64,000 nt of DNA. Source: Syncephalis fuscata S228. Taxonomy: Eukaryota; Fungi; Zoopagomycota. Every line of letters begins with the position of its first letter. Position 1 is the first letter of the stretch. Shown here one piece after another: positions 62,400-64,000 of the stretch. The DNA lies in NCBI GenBank assembly GCA_025786725.1, contig JAHLTZ010000002.1:806001-870000 (forward strand). Direction: 5' to 3'. The translations under genes were made by a program, and so were the position numbers. The notes under the pieces were generated by a model. The model saw only the letters and a program-made list of their open reading frames with translations. It did not search any database and was not told the origin of the DNA.

Positions 62400-64000
62400 A
62401 AGTTGTTGTGGTTAAGGTTTGATAATTGTGCCATATTGTTTCTTTCTCCTTCTTCCTCCTTCTTACTACGACGGTCGTTGTCGTCGTTTATACTATTACT
62501 ATTACTATATTGCTAGTTCGTTGATTCGTCATTTAGCAAGAATTTCATTCTTTATATACATAGTAATAACTCACATATACTTTATATTAGTTATTGCTAC
62601 TACAGCGACTACGTATTCCTTTCTTTCTCTCTCTCTCTCTCTCTACTCTCTTTCCCTTTCCTCTTCTCTTTATCTATCTATCTATCTATAGTAGTTATAC
62701 ACTATACTATCATAGCTTGTGTCTGCCACTATTATTGCTACCGCTCTTCTTTTCATTCTTCTTCTTTTGTTCTTCTACAATACCCCTAACACCACCACCA
62801 CTACTACTACCACTACTACTACCATATTACTACTATTTACACTATTGCTATACTACGTTTTAGCAATCAACGCTATACCTATTGTCACTGCTGGTGTAGG
62901 ACTAGAAATACACGATTTGTTATTTACAACAACTCTGCTGACCTGCAATTGGCAGCACTTACTTTTATACTCTTCTATATTCGCTCTTTTACAGCAACTC
63001 CGCGTGTGAACTCGTTATCAGCTATTTGGTGAATATTTACCTTTTTTTCTACTTCTTCTTCCTCTTCTTTCTCCACAGCCCCACACTGACACTTCTTCTT
63101 ATCGTTTTATAGTGTGAGTAAGTGTGCGTGCCTGTGCGTAGTTAGTATTGGCGCTATTTACTACGGTTACCTTTTTCTCGTTGATTCTTTCTCTTCTCGA
63201 CTCCCTCTGTGAGTGTGAGTACCAAGTACGAGTGAGTAAACAAGCCAGCTGAACTGTGTGTATGGGTGCACTTGAGAGTAGCCACTTGTTTCTATTCTAT
63301 CAGTGTATCTCTACTATTCACCCACCGCTTATAGTTCTTTCTCGCTTTACACACCTACTTTATATTACGCTTGCGCACTACAATTGCTTTTTTAACTGTT
63401 GCTATAACCATTCAACAACAACAGTCAATCAGTAGCACTACTACCAACAGCAACTACAATAACACTAGTTTCAACAACCATACACTTTATTTCGAGACTG
63501 TGATCTTTTGTTGACGATTGTCACGGCAAACTTGGTAAGTAACTACTATTGAAACCTTCTCTCTTTCTCTCTCTCTAGTTGCGGCGGTCACGTTTTTCTG
63601 TGCATACACTTGTATGCATCAATTGATGGATATATGCGGACATATGGATGATAGTACAATAGGCCGGTGTTTTTACTATGCCTACTTGCTACTATTACAG
63701 CTATCATTGCTGGTTTTTTTAGCCAATACTTGCTCATTAACGTCCCGCCTAACGCCACGCGGCAAAGGCAATACTGGCTTTTCTCATCTTCTTGACTTTG
63801 CTTGCTAGTGTCTAGATAGATTTACACTTGTGCTAGATCTATAGTCATAATTGCTACTTTTCTTTCATCTTAATCGTATCATCTAGTATTTCATCTATAT
63901 AATTGCCATTCGTTTATTACGACTGGGCTTCAACGACGGCTATTGATCAGCGATAACAACAACGACGTTATTGTTTGTGAGTCGATAGTGACCGCCGTGC
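62400..64000 (+). promoter_or_regulatory. Long pyrimidine/microsatellite-rich promoter or 5' leader of a gene beyond the window
   Basis: (CT)n, (TCTA)n, (ACC/ACT)n and (CTT)n tracts with strand bias like other leaders here; consensus donor G|GTAAGT at ~63535; no credible ORF. Confidence 0.45.

Noticed and set aside
62419-63009. Hydrophobic ORFs of 89-96 aa
   Set aside because: Products of microsatellite and pyrimidine tracts, starting at TTG/GTG
1-64000. CRISPR arrays, rRNA, tRNA genes, intact transposases
   Set aside because: None seen; the sequence is eukaryotic and shows no regularly spaced repeats

Overview
Eukaryotic, intron-rich fungal DNA (AT-rich intergenic sequence, 50-80 nt GT-AG introns). 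The gene set and expanded families (orphan 7TM receptors, secreted kinase-like protein, S8/PA subtilases, GH18) suggest an early-diverging fungus, probably Zoopagomycota such as Syncephalis (inference). About 34 protein genes can be modelled by eye. Housekeeping genes: kinesin-10, SRA1-like, BLOS2, FEN1, PPM1, TRMT61B-like, MAT2B-like, Lunapark, two HbrB/Bit61-like, ataxin-10, a TPT-family transporter, borealin, CSN7, Tctex-1, an SH3-PX-BAR sorting nexin, SHMT, Spc34 and LSM8. There is also a clear U2 snRNA. Accessory zones lie at 2-8 kb (7TM genes interleaved with Gly-rich small genes), 45-51 kb (transposon relics and a secreted Cys-rich peptide) and 51-62 kb (two catalytically degenerate subtilases with an identical 5' 1.2 kb, MULE relics). 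Highlights: (1) an unannotated, structured, spliced transcript with a 25-codon ORF divergent from U2; (2) a U12-type donor (GTATCCTTT) in LSM8 intron 1; (3) four frame-required GC-AG introns; (4) the pseudo-subtilase pair. Recurrent single-base deletions, including two in SHMT, look like assembly errors, so pseudogene calls need caution. Exon boundaries and protein identities come from manual reading and remembered family motifs, not database searches.
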